DNA from: a virus
Reading direction: 5' to 3' (one strand)
Length of the DNA: 64,000 nt
Virus record (IMG/VR): IMGVR_UViG_3300038312_000168
Coordinates: 5,365 to 69,364 of that record
The position numbers were made by a program, and so were the translations under genes. Positions within the stretch are counted from its first letter, which is position 1, and each line of letters begins with the position of its first letter. The notes below the pieces were generated by a model, which saw nothing but the letters and a program-made list of their open reading frames with translations, searched no databases and was not told the origin of the DNA. Of this stretch, positions 33,902-42,999 are shown in pieces.

Positions 33902-34456
33902 ATGAAATTTGATATAAAGAAATTTAAACTCTACTTCTTTACACTTTTATCTGCTGTGTTTGGAACACCTAAAGAAAGACCAATAAAAATTGATATTTAC
34001 ATTGAAGATAACATTGATCCGGAATTTGTAAAGAACTCTCTTTACCTTATTCCTCAATTGTGGAAATTCAACTTCCTTACAGAAGCACCTAAGTATCGTG
34101 TAATGAATGGAGAATGGAAGGGATTTCTTATACCTGAAGCGGATAATACTGTTGTAATCTTCGATGGTAAGGCTCGTAATGCCAAATATGCAGGAGGTTG
34201 TGCAGGAAAGAGTGTTGGTGTAACAAAGAACACATGGGAAACAGATGAATTAGGATTTGGATTACGCATTTGGCATGAACTTCTCCATGCACAGAAGATT
34301 GATTCTGATGCAATGTTACGTAGTCCTGAATTTGAAGAATGGTTAGAATCACAGTTTAAATATATTCTTACCGAAAATAGAACTGCATACCAACATTCTA
34401 TGCAGTTTCAGATACTTTTCTATAACTTCCTTACGCGGAAGTTTGTAAGGGGATAA
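33902..34456 (+). CDS. secreted or anchored HExxH zinc metallopeptidase (lysin candidate)
   Basis: N-terminal hydrophobic segment KLYFFTLLSAVFGTP; IWHELLHAQ contains the HExxH motif. It is the last gene of the + strand late block. Confidence 0.5.
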   Translation: MKFDIKKFKLYFFTLLSAVFGTPKERPIKIDIYIEDNIDPEFVKNSLYLIPQLWKFNFLTEAPKYRVMNGEWKGFLIPEADNTVVIFDGKARNAKYAGGCAGKSVGVTKNTWETDELGFGLRIWHELLHAQKIDSDAMLRSPEFEEWLESQFKYILTENRTAYQHSMQFQILFYNFLTRKFVRG

Positions 34457-34473
34457 ATCCTCTTACCTTTTTT

Positions 34474-34611
34474 AAATCTCTTCAATTCTTTGAGTAAAAC
34501 ATCACTTTTCGAGCATGATGTTTTGAAGAGGTATATTTACTCATCTGAAAAAAGATAGGGTGCGGAAACATATAGTTTTGATATGTTTCAGGGGTAATAT
34601 TTTGATTCTAG
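34474..34611 (+). repeat. conserved noncoding element, copy 1 (partner at 45288..45425 in opposite orientation)
   Basis: An exact 27-nt core AAATCTCTTCAATTCTTTGAGTAAAAC, the hairpin GAAACATAT-agttttg-ATATGTTTC, and then an ATTTTGATT T-tract. Confidence 0.8.
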
Positions 34612-34850
34612 TTTATGGTTACTCGACCATATGAATCAAGAATAAATCCAAGATAAGAGTTAACATTACAACAAGTATCAATTTTACCTGACTGTTTATC
34701 AATGTTGCAAATGTTACTACATATCACATGGTTTCCATTCTCATCCACAAGTTCAAGCGTAACAAATTTATCATTGTCTACAAGATTAAAGTAGACATTC
34801 TCAACCTTACTCTTTTCCGCGTCAAAGACGCCACAAACCTTGTAATCCAT
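34608..34850 (-). CDS. hypothetical protein
   Basis: ATG at 34850 preceded by GGTGTAAAGAAA; the track ORF extends to a TTG at 34925. Confidence 0.45.
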   Translation of the reverse strand: MDYKVCGVFDAEKSKVENVYFNLVDNDKFVTLELVDENGNHVICSNICNIDKQSGKIDTCCNVNSYLGFILDSYGRVTIN

Positions 34851-34945
34851 TTTCTTTACACCAAACCTATGTTGTATACAATTAGTTTTACGTTTGTCTA
34901 TAAAAGGGTTTTGAAATTGATTCAACCTGAACTATTATGCAAAAA

Positions 34946-35542
34946 TTATTCTGGATGATAATAACGATACAGGTAATAACGGAGGGTATTTTCCACATTG
35001 AAGCAAATATTGTCAACAGAACCATTTGCATCCAGAATGAAATATCGATGTTTTCCCTCTTTTGCAAGTTTTATATAATTGTCCTGAATCTTACTTAAAC
35101 GCTGTATTTCCTCTGTCATGTTGTTTATCTTACGCCGTTTAGCATTACGTAAGGCGAACATCGATGGATTACCGTAAAGTAAGATGGTTATATCGGGAAA
35201 GAGTGTATTACCATCGAAGAAGCGCATAATCTCATCAGTGTCGCGCGAGAGGACCACACCATAACGCGCAATGATTTCATCCAGGTAAGGATCGGTAATT
35301 ACAATCTTACCCTCTTCGAGTGCAGGAGTGATGAATGAATCAATGTGGTCATAATGATCGAGCAGCGTAAGAAGTAATTGTTTTTCAGGGTTGTCCTTAT
35401 GCTTCTTAATCAAATCACGCATATCTTCAGCGAATGGTTCTGCCGTGTAAACAATATCTTCAAAGTCAGTCAGATTTTCACGTAAATAGTTAAGGACAGT
35501 GGTTTTTCCACTTCCCTCAACACCTTCAATACTTATAATCAT
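34946..35542 (-). CDS. tmk: thymidylate kinase
   Basis: MIISIEGVEGSGKTTVLNYL carries the P-loop. ATG at 35542 is preceded by AGGTGGTATAAA. Confidence 0.75.
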   Translation of the reverse strand: MIISIEGVEGSGKTTVLNYLRENLTDFEDIVYTAEPFAEDMRDLIKKHKDNPEKQLLLTLLDHYDHIDSFITPALEEGKIVITDPYLDEIIARYGVVLSRDTDEIMRFFDGNTLFPDITILLYGNPSMFALRNAKRRKINNMTEEIQRLSKIQDNYIKLAKEGKHRYFILDANGSVDNICFNVENTLRYYLYRYYHPE

Positions 35543-35553
35543 TTTATACCACC

Positions 35554-36189
35554 TCATAAAAAGTTGAGTGCTTCAATAGTCTCTTTTGGGAGTTTAATCT
35601 TCAATGCACCATTTTTATAATCTGTAATCAAGTCAGAAAGTTTAGGATACGCTTCAAGTAACTTCTGTGCGCGTCTATCACCCACTCCAGGCAAGGACAA
35701 GTAAATGTCATAGAGTGGATTTGTACTTGACTTAACTTTCTTATGCTTAACACTCTCTACTTTCTTACCCTTGCCTACCATTTCACGGATCTTAAAGATT
35801 GCATGGAATAATTGAGGCGCGGTATCAAATTGAATCATCTTTACATTATACCTTGCTGCTACAGAACAGAGGGAACCAACAGTATGTGTGGTTTTCCATT
35901 GTTTAGCGTAAGGAATAAAGTAGAGACTCTTGAAATTACCGTGTATGAAAAGGTAAGGTTCATCAAACTGTTCAAGGTTGGTAAGTTGAGTTTCTAATCT
36001 TCCATCGCGCACCGAATTGACAAAATCAGCAACAGATTTACGTTCAATGACAATCTTCTTCTCACCATCAATAACCCAAGCGAAATCACCCGATTCCATA
36101 TATTCAAAACGGACTTCAACATTTAATGTTTTTGCAATGCGAGCAATCTTATTTTGAACAGTTTTGGGTTCTCTTGTATCTACAATCAA
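35554..36189 (-). CDS. XPF/Hef/Mus81-family (ERCC4) nuclease with C-terminal helix-hairpin-helix
   Basis: VDTREP...VIERKSVADFVNSVRDGRL contains the ERK motif; LPGVGDRRAQKLLEAY is the HhH. Apparent TTG start. Confidence 0.7.
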   Translation of the reverse strand: MIVDTREPKTVQNKIARIAKTLNVEVRFEYMESGDFAWVIDGEKKIVIERKSVADFVNSVRDGRLETQLTNLEQFDEPYLFIHGNFKSLYFIPYAKQWKTTHTVGSLCSVAARYNVKMIQFDTAPQLFHAIFKIREMVGKGKKVESVKHKKVKSSTNPLYDIYLSLPGVGDRRAQKLLEAYPKLSDLITDYKNGALKIKLPKETIEALNFL

Positions 36190-36202
36190 ATATTCTATGG
36201 TA

Positions 36203-37282
36203 TCACCTATATATTTTTACTAAATGTTTGTCTATCGTTCCATACTCTCTTGTAAAGTCACAGTAACCAGGATGAGGACAATAACCATACTGCTTGACAA
36301 GTTCACAACGTGGGAAAATAGGTTGGTTGTAAACATCAAGCAGTCTATCAAGTTGTCGCTCTTCTACAATGCAATGATACGCCTCTGTGCGTCCATTACG
36401 TGTGCTTACAAGATATTTCTCAAGTATATCCTTGATCTCGCCATAGAGGAAACCACTATCACGCAGGTAGGAAATAAGCAAGTAGCGCCCTCTAAAACCT
36501 ACTCGTTTTGACATACTGTTTATCAGTAAGGATGAAATGCATGGTGGAAGAGATTTGAGTAGAGAATCATGCGTTATCTGCCTACAAATGGCTTCATCAA
36601 ACTCAAATCTATAATCTTGTAAGGAGAGTGAATTACAGCGATTACAATAGTATTTTCCACCCACATCAAACATTTCCATGTTTAGGTATTTGCTACCGTA
36701 AATTACATAATCACATGGATGTGGTTGCACTGTAGCCTTACGCTGTATGAACTTCAATCCACGCTCAAGATCATCTGTTGTAAGGGGTATGCAGTATCTA
36801 CCACGACGATTGTTGAATGTTCCGGGAATGGTTGCTACACGCGCAATATCTCCCATGACTTTCTCATCCATTGTAGTCAATTTGAACTTCCTTACAAAAA
36901 ATGTGTGTGCGCTAAAGAGTGCTGCTTTCTTATTCTTCAAATCCGTGTAATTCTTGGTAAAGAGGTAGAAGTGAAATCCATTACCAGAATAAAGCATCAA
37001 GTAGCGCATATTACGCTTATCAAACTCATTTGAGAGTTTAACTGCATCAACAAATGATTTCTCGCCGTCAAGGTCAAAGAATATCTTATCTACGTTGAGG
37101 AATGCATTATCATACACTTCAGAGGACGTATAATTATAAATGGTAGCAAACACCCGCTTGTATGATTTATAGCGATTTATCTGCTCGTAAAATTCCTCAG
37201 AAGTATTTGTTGTAATCCGGTAAGGAATAGAAATTTGACGCGGGAATGAATCATAAAGTAACTTGTGAATAGTAGCGCACAC
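36203..37282 (-). CDS. archaeo-eukaryotic primase, PriS catalytic domain fused to a PriL-like Fe-S domain
   Basis: IFFDLDGE (DxD) and SGNGFHFYLF mark the PriS core. The C-terminal LPPCISSLL...RGRYLLISYLRDSGF...YHC...FPRC...YCPHPGYC gives a PriL-CTD-like pattern with five Cys. Confidence 0.7.
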   Translation of the reverse strand: MCATIHKLLYDSFPRQISIPYRITTNTSEEFYEQINRYKSYKRVFATIYNYTSSEVYDNAFLNVDKIFFDLDGEKSFVDAVKLSNEFDKRNMRYLMLYSGNGFHFYLFTKNYTDLKNKKAALFSAHTFFVRKFKLTTMDEKVMGDIARVATIPGTFNNRRGRYCIPLTTDDLERGLKFIQRKATVQPHPCDYVIYGSKYLNMEMFDVGGKYYCNRCNSLSLQDYRFEFDEAICRQITHDSLLKSLPPCISSLLINSMSKRVGFRGRYLLISYLRDSGFLYGEIKDILEKYLVSTRNGRTEAYHCIVEERQLDRLLDVYNQPIFPRCELVKQYGYCPHPGYCDFTREYGTIDKHLVKIYR

Positions 37283-37333
37283 AATCTTCCACCACTATTC
37301 TATATGTAAAAAAGAGTTTAAATAGATTGTTAT

Positions 37334-38008
37334 TTAGAGGAAGTCATCTTGTGTGGTTTCATCATAAATCATGTCACATATGTAGGCAAATTCACAATAA
37401 TTGCACAACCATGATGGTTTTGCTTCAAACTTCTTTTCTTCAATCTTCTTTACTGTATTGTCAAACTTACGTAACACGGATTTAATACGTTTCTGTTCCA
37501 CATCTTCAATGAAAGAATCATCAGGATAACCAGTAAAGAATATGCCAACCTGATCAATAGTTATTCCAGTTGTTTTCTGCACTAGGTAGACATACAAGTG
37601 TAGTTCATCAAGATAATTCTTGTAATCACTTACACGATACTTACCCGTCTTGTAATCAACCAGGATGTTCTTACCATCTTTCTCATAAATTGCATCAATG
37701 ATTCCTACAAGATTCTTCTCTTCATCATACAATTTACGTTCAGCGTAGGTAGCACGATCAAGACCAAACATGGAAAGAATGATGTAGAAGTTACCAATAT
37801 GTGTCTTGTAGAAATCATCCTTCATTAAGAACTGCTCGTAGTATTCAAAGTCTGCTGCATTTTTATTGAAAGATTCAAATAGTTCATGCAGAGTGCTACC
37901 TTTCTTCGCTGCTTCATTTGAAACGCGGTCCTTACCATAAATCGTGTAAGTCTCAATGTAGAACTTGCGAGGACACTTACGGTAAAGATACATTTTACTC
38001 TTACTCAT
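37334..38008 (-). CDS. Cas4/RecB-family PD-(D/E)xK nuclease with a Cys cluster
   Basis: N-terminal YRKCPRKFY, IIDAIYEK...LVDYKTGK, and C-terminal CNYCEFAYIC. Confidence 0.7.
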   Translation of the reverse strand: MSKSKMYLYRKCPRKFYIETYTIYGKDRVSNEAAKKGSTLHELFESFNKNAADFEYYEQFLMKDDFYKTHIGNFYIILSMFGLDRATYAERKLYDEEKNLVGIIDAIYEKDGKNILVDYKTGKYRVSDYKNYLDELHLYVYLVQKTTGITIDQVGIFFTGYPDDSFIEDVEQKRIKSVLRKFDNTVKKIEEKKFEAKPSWLCNYCEFAYICDMIYDETTQDDFL

Positions 38009-38016
38009 GCGGAACT

Positions 38017-38250
38017 TCAAATCCTTACCTCCTTACCGCTCATCCATGCCTGTAACCATCCACGTTCTGCCCAATACTTACACATATCAACAAATTTGTA
38101 AGTCTTGTTCTCATACTCTACTTTACGTGGAATATTCTTACCATTGACAAAATCAAAGAATGCCATTTTCATTACTGATTCAAAAGAATCAAAGGTAATC
38201 CATCGTTCATTTTGCATTGTTTCCATGTAGTAATAATGTGCAACTGACAT
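38017..38250 (-). CDS. hypothetical protein
   Basis: ATG start; lies in the gene train. Confidence 0.5.
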   Translation of the reverse strand: MSVAHYYYMETMQNERWITFDSFESVMKMAFFDFVNGKNIPRKVEYENKTYKFVDMCKYWAERGWLQAWMSGKEVRI

Positions 38251-38344
38251 TTAATCCAACTCCGAAGTAATACAGTAATCTGAATAGGTTTTTCTCACTG
38301 ATATACGCTTTAAAATTGATTTAAGGGTAGAAATGAAATGCACC

Positions 38345-38539
38345 TTACCAACATCCATAGTCTGTTAAATCGATACATTCACCACAATTTTCACATTCCG
38401 CTTTATGAACACAACCAATTCCTGTTCCAATAATGTGTAAGTGAATCGTTAATTCATATTTATTATCATCAAAACAACGCTCATGTCGAGCGATAAACTG
38501 ATTGAGTTGTGCAAGTTCATTTTCGTTTAGTTCTAACAT
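38345..38539 (-). CDS. small Cys-rich protein
   Basis: ATG at 38539 forms a TAATG junction with the RNR stop; GGTG lies upstream; contains CENCGECIDLTDYGCW. Confidence 0.5.
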   Translation of the reverse strand: MLELNENELAQLNQFIARHERCFDDNKYELTIHLHIIGTGIGCVHKAECENCGECIDLTDYGCW

Positions 38540-41500
38540 TATCCGCACCTACTGTATCCACACGCACAAGTCTTACAACCTTCAACCATACTTAAATGTT
38601 CACCACATTCAGGACAGATATTTGATTCAGTCTTTATTTCTTCCTTACATGGAATAGAAATTGGTTCTGATTCTTTATCAGGAATCAGACTTTCAATTAC
38701 TCGACCGATAACATCCGAGCATGATTTTCCATCACAATTACCTTCAGAGAATTTCTTGTAAGCGACAGGACAAGTAACATTACGTAAAGTCTTGATTATA
38801 TCCCAGGTAGGAACATTCCAACGCATTGAAAGAGAAATCATCTGTCCCAATGCATCATTCATAGCGGTGCAACCACCTTTGTTGTTTATAATGCATTCAT
38901 AGGGTTTACCATCTTTTTCTGCAACGGAAATGATAAGTTTACCACAACCTGAACGTCTCTTACTATTTGTAGCGGGAAGATCAGATGGGCGCTTAGGTAG
39001 GATTCTACCATCGGGGAGTGGTGTTGTAGGGGTGGAATCTTTCTTGAGTTCCATTACAATATCATCTCTGCTACCTGTTACATAAATGGTAACTCCCTTA
39101 CATCCTTTCTCATAAGCGTAAAGAATAGCACTTCTAATATCGTCTTTAGTAGCGCCTGGAGGCATGTTAATTGTCTTACTGATTGCAGCATGACAATACT
39201 GTTGAAACGCTGCCTGCATGTCAATGTGTGACTTCCAATCGATGTCAAGAGCCGTCTTGAACACAGATTTAAACTCTTTAGGCAACCATGTAATATCTTG
39301 AATAGTCCCTGTTTCGTAAGCATGATTGATTACTTCCTGCTTCTTTTTGTCCCATTGTGAAACCTCAACATGTGATTCAATGTAATTATTCAGTTTTTCT
39401 TCAAAGACTGGATCAACCATCAGGTATCCTTTCTTTTTACCATCTACCCATGTATACCGCTTGTGAACCAGGGAATAAACAGGTTCAATACCATATGAGG
39501 TTTCAGAGAGTGTTGCAATACTTCCAGTGGGTGCTATACATGTTGTAGTTGCATTACGTATGGGTATATCATGTAGGAACCAATCAGAACCTTCATATGC
39601 TGGAAATACACCAAGTTCTTTTGCAAGTTCTCTTGATGTTAGAACAGACATATCATTAAGAATGCCCATAACCTTTTTTGCCTGATACAGTGCATCAGAA
39701 CTATCGTAAGGAATACCCATCTTCATTAGCATGTGATGGAATCCCATGTAACCTAATCCAATCTTACGAGTCTTTCTACTCGCTTCTGCAATCTCTTCAA
39801 TAGGATATTTGTTAAGATCAATAATCTTATCAAGAAACTCTGTTGAAAGTTCAATGGTATTTATTAAATCATTTTGCATTAATCCATTATTATTAACAAA
39901 GTTAGATAAATTTATACTGCCTAGATTACATGATTCGCCTGGTAATAGTGGTTGCTCTCCGCAGTTAGAGGCCAATATGCCGTTGAAAATGCCAGTATGG
40001 TTCTTAGGCTCGTTGAAACAGTAAACCTTGTCTACAATTTCATTGTTCCGTTCAATAGATACAATTTTAATAAACCTTTTTGCATCTCTTTTATTAGTTG
40101 TTACAGTGGGGACTCTATATGTTTTAAACCCAAGATCAACCAATTTTTTAACATTAGATGCAGGAATTGTAAGTCTATAACAATCAAGACAATAATATTC
40201 TTTTTGACCACCATTACCATCGGGCATTAATTTATAATCAGATTTTTTCATCAAATTAACAGAAGTATTAATACCAAGTGTATCAAGCATATATTTTACA
40301 TCCATTAAAAAATCTCTTTTAACAGATGAAATAGCGATACTACCTTCACTTGTATTTTTACATCCATCACTGTCAACAATTCCTGCTAACCATTCTAATC
40401 TTGATTTAATTGTATATGAACAATTAGGAACAAACAATTTTTCATAATCACCCTGTAATGTAACAAGAATTCTATCGTGATCATCACTTTGATTATAATT
40501 AACACGTTTTGCATTTAAATATTCTACTAAATCTTTTTTAATTCCATATAAATATATATACTTTATACCATTTGATTGACATTTATAACCATCACCACTA
40601 AAGAAACCATGTGTATATGCAAATTCAAGTTCTTTTTTACCCTCAATAACGGGGTAATCACACTTGATAAGTTTGTCACCTACTACTAAATCCTTTGCTT
40701 CTTTTTTAACAATTTTATTTTTATTACCTTTATAACCATATTGTAAAACAAACTTATGATAAGGAGTACATTTTACTTTGTTACCATCACTGAATGTTAC
40801 TTCCATAACCTCTTGATCGTATCCAGTAACACACGGAGTAACAACACTCCATTCAAACCCATTCCAGATAGTTGTTTCTTTATCTACACACTCATCAATG
40901 CGCTTATATCCTTCATTGGTAAGAATGAGTGTTTCACCAACCAAACACGGATTGGTTGCTTCAATATTACCAAGATGTTTGCAAGTATTATCATCATTAA
41001 TTGTATTGTAGAATAATACCCCTGGTTCACCTGTCTTGGAAATTCCATCTACAATCTTATCAAAAACTTCTTTCGCTCTGATTGTTTTGTAAACTTTACC
41101 ATCGAAGTGAAGATTATACTCTTTATCATTCTTTACAGCACTAATAAATTCATCATCAATCATTACAGAAATATTGAAGTTAGAAAGATCACCTTCAGTA
41201 TTCTTACACGCAATGAACTTCTCAATATCTGGATGCCAAACAGGGAGAACACCCATATTCGCACCCCTTCTTTTAGATCCCTGAACCACAGCACCAGTAG
41301 CAGCATTAAACACTTTCATGAAAGAAATGGGGCCTGATGCAACACCATCTGTTCCATTTACTTTGTCACCTTCAGGTCGAAGATTACCAAAGGAAAATCC
41401 TGTTCCACCTGCTGCCTTATGAATTAATGCGGCATTTTTAATTGCATCAAAAATACTTTCCATTGAATCATTTACAGGAATTACAAAACATGCAGAAAGT

Positions 41501-41700
41501 TGTCCTATTTCCGTTCCTGCATTCATAAGTGTAGGCGAATTAGGCACAAAATCTTTATTCACCATCATATCATAGTAAATCTCTCGTTCATCGTCCGTAT
41601 TTCCTACATAGTCTGCAACTCTTCTACAGACATCTTCCCAGGACGATTCACCTTCACGGAAATAACGAGCAGCAAGAACTTCATTAACAATGTCACTCAT
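38539..41700 (-). CDS. nrdJ: class II (B12-type) ribonucleotide reductase interrupted by an intein
   Basis: The TNP|CGEQPL thiyl-radical loop is split by the insertion. Also GGTGFSFGNLRP and a C-terminal Zn ribbon (CPECGEHLSMVEGCKTCACGYSRCG). About 725 aa after intein removal. Confidence 0.8.
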   Translation of the reverse strand: MSDIVNEVLAARYFREGESSWEDVCRRVADYVGNTDDEREIYYDMMVNKDFVPNSPTLMNAGTEIGQLSACFVIPVNDSMESIFDAIKNAALIHKAAGGTGFSFGNLRPEGDKVNGTDGVASGPISFMKVFNAATGAVVQGSKRRGANMGVLPVWHPDIEKFIACKNTEGDLSNFNISVMIDDEFISAVKNDKEYNLHFDGKVYKTIRAKEVFDKIVDGISKTGEPGVLFYNTINDDNTCKHLGNIEATNPCLVGETLILTNEGYKRIDECVDKETTIWNGFEWSVVTPCVTGYDQEVMEVTFSDGNKVKCTPYHKFVLQYGYKGNKNKIVKKEAKDLVVGDKLIKCDYPVIEGKKELEFAYTHGFFSGDGYKCQSNGIKYIYLYGIKKDLVEYLNAKRVNYNQSDDHDRILVTLQGDYEKLFVPNCSYTIKSRLEWLAGIVDSDGCKNTSEGSIAISSVKRDFLMDVKYMLDTLGINTSVNLMKKSDYKLMPDGNGGQKEYYCLDCYRLTIPASNVKKLVDLGFKTYRVPTVTTNKRDAKRFIKIVSIERNNEIVDKVYCFNEPKNHTGIFNGILASNCGEQPLLPGESCNLGSINLSNFVNNNGLMQNDLINTIELSTEFLDKIIDLNKYPIEEIAEASRKTRKIGLGYMGFHHMLMKMGIPYDSSDALYQAKKVMGILNDMSVLTSRELAKELGVFPAYEGSDWFLHDIPIRNATTTCIAPTGSIATLSETSYGIEPVYSLVHKRYTWVDGKKKGYLMVDPVFEEKLNNYIESHVEVSQWDKKKQEVINHAYETGTIQDITWLPKEFKSVFKTALDIDWKSHIDMQAAFQQYCHAAISKTINMPPGATKDDIRSAILYAYEKGCKGVTIYVTGSRDDIVMELKKDSTPTTPLPDGRILPKRPSDLPATNSKRRSGCGKLIISVAEKDGKPYECIINNKGGCTAMNDALGQMISLSMRWNVPTWDIIKTLRNVTCPVAYKKFSEGNCDGKSCSDVIGRVIESLIPDKESEPISIPCKEEIKTESNICPECGEHLSMVEGCKTCACGYSRCG
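39964..40947 (-). mobile_element. intein (328 aa) with a LAGLIDADG homing endonuclease domain
   Basis: Starts CLVGETLILT and ends GILASN, followed by +1 Cys of CGEQPL. Internal LAGIVDSDGC and HGFFSGDGY motifs. Confidence 0.8.
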
Positions 41701-41705
41701 AGTAA

Positions 41706-42059
41706 TTACCTCTTGAATAGTTTGTAAGTGTAAGCATGTGCATTGAAGTAATCAGCACAACACTTTGCAGTCTTTGGTCCATTGAATGTTTTACAAGAGA
41801 ATACATCAATATAACAACAATCTGTTTCCTCACTGAAATGTGCAGTGATGCACGATGTTTCAATAAGTTGTATTACAGAGTAACCATAGAGTTGTGGTTC
41901 AGTTCCAAACCGTTCTATAACCATTTCACCATGACGTTTCATGTCAATAAAGTTACAAAGATCAATCATCCACGCCTTGATATATTCACCATCACAAATC
42001 TTTTCATGATTGCACTCAAAAAGATTCATGTGTAAGGATAAACCAAAATCACCCTTCAA
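41706..42059 (-). CDS. pyruvoyl-dependent decarboxylase of the AdoMetDC (SpeD/SpeH) fold
   Basis: GYSVIQLIETSCITAHFSEETDCCYIDVFSCK aligns with [32 protein letters not shown] of Thermotoga SpeD as I recall it. Ser, His and Cys are conserved, but the residue before the Ser is Thr rather than Glu. A TTG start follows AGGTGG. Confidence 0.6.
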   Translation of the reverse strand: MKGDFGLSLHMNLFECNHEKICDGEYIKAWMIDLCNFIDMKRHGEMVIERFGTEPQLYGYSVIQLIETSCITAHFSEETDCCYIDVFSCKTFNGPKTAKCCADYFNAHAYTYKLFKR

Positions 42060-42060
42060 G

Positions 42061-42330
42061 TTATTCCACCTTCTCAAGTCTCATTACCATTTTCTCATAC
42101 TCATAATACTTATTTGTCTTTTCAATAATACGTGTCTGTGCATTTTTAATTACGGGTTCATCCATAGCCATTGCAAGAATCTGTCCCGATTCATCGCGGA
42201 TTACAAATGTAGGATTACCTGAAAGAAAATGAGAGAATGTTGCCTTAACATACTGTTCATTCTGTTCTTGTCGTTTCCGTTCTTCATGCATTGCTGCAAT
42301 CTGTTTTGAATTTTGGGGTTTGTAAACCAT
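42061..42330 (-). CDS. hypothetical protein
   Basis: ATG at 42330 preceded by GGAG. Confidence 0.5.
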   Translation of the reverse strand: MVYKPQNSKQIAAMHEERKRQEQNEQYVKATFSHFLSGNPTFVIRDESGQILAMAMDEPVIKNAQTRIIEKTNKYYEYEKMVMRLEKVE

Positions 42331-42331
42331 C

Positions 42332-42997
42332 TTAATCAACTCCTACAAGTCTTTCAATATCATTTTCATCTCGCGTTATATAAATGTGTGGAATTAGACT
42401 TACGTGTTGATAGCGTCCAATAGGTAATCCAAGTGCATCTGCAATGTATTTCTGAAGATGCACAAGTCCAAACGCATTTTGACCGAAGGCAGCGCACATA
42501 TCGTTGCTACGGAAGGTTACATTCATGCACAACTTTCCATCTATGATTACACATTGCACATGATTTAAACAGGGACAATTCTCCATATCAAAGTGTAGAG
42601 GTGGATTCCACAGAGACATAACCGCTTGACGGGAAGTAGGATGATCTCTAAGTTCATTGATTACGTAGGCAACCTGATTGAAATGGCTATAAACAAAATC
42701 ATAACATTCCTCATCACCATACATATAATCAAACATCAAATCATGATACGTGTAATCAAAATCTGCCTTAGTTCCATTAAGAATCTGATCTGCATACTGT
42801 TCTGCAAATAGTTTACCAAAAGGTGCTCGCTCACTTACCATTGGTTCTGTAAACGGATTATCAATTACAATGCAAGAACCATCAATTTCAAGTGTCTTTT
42901 CCCCTTTCGTTGTAATACGCCCGTAACCTTTATTGTATATTTCCTTTACAATAAGTTCATGTGCGTGTCCAATGCAATACGTATGAATCAGTTTCAT
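42332..42997 (-). CDS. thyA: ThyA-family enzyme, short archaeal type: thymidylate synthase or dUMP hydroxymethylase
   Basis: SRQAVMSLWNP and CPCLNHVQCVIIDGKLCMNVTFRSNDMCAAFGQNAF align with [35 protein letters not shown]. The catalytic Cys, Arg-Ser, Asp and the uracil-specifying Asn are retained. Confidence 0.65.
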   Translation of the reverse strand: MKLIHTYCIGHAHELIVKEIYNKGYGRITTKGEKTLEIDGSCIVIDNPFTEPMVSERAPFGKLFAEQYADQILNGTKADFDYTYHDLMFDYMYGDEECYDFVYSHFNQVAYVINELRDHPTSRQAVMSLWNPPLHFDMENCPCLNHVQCVIIDGKLCMNVTFRSNDMCAAFGQNAFGLVHLQKYIADALGLPIGRYQHVSLIPHIYITRDENDIERLVGVD

Positions 42998-42999
42998 TT

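Noticed and set aside
34474-34611. A C/D-box sRNA interpretation of the duplicated noncoding element (ATGATG...CTGA in copy 1) and of the tRNA-Gln intron (two CTGA boxes).
   Set aside because: The putative C box is not conserved in copy 2, and the C-to-D spacing (about 24 nt) is too short for a C/D-C'/D' unit. The intron has no RUGAUGA box at all.
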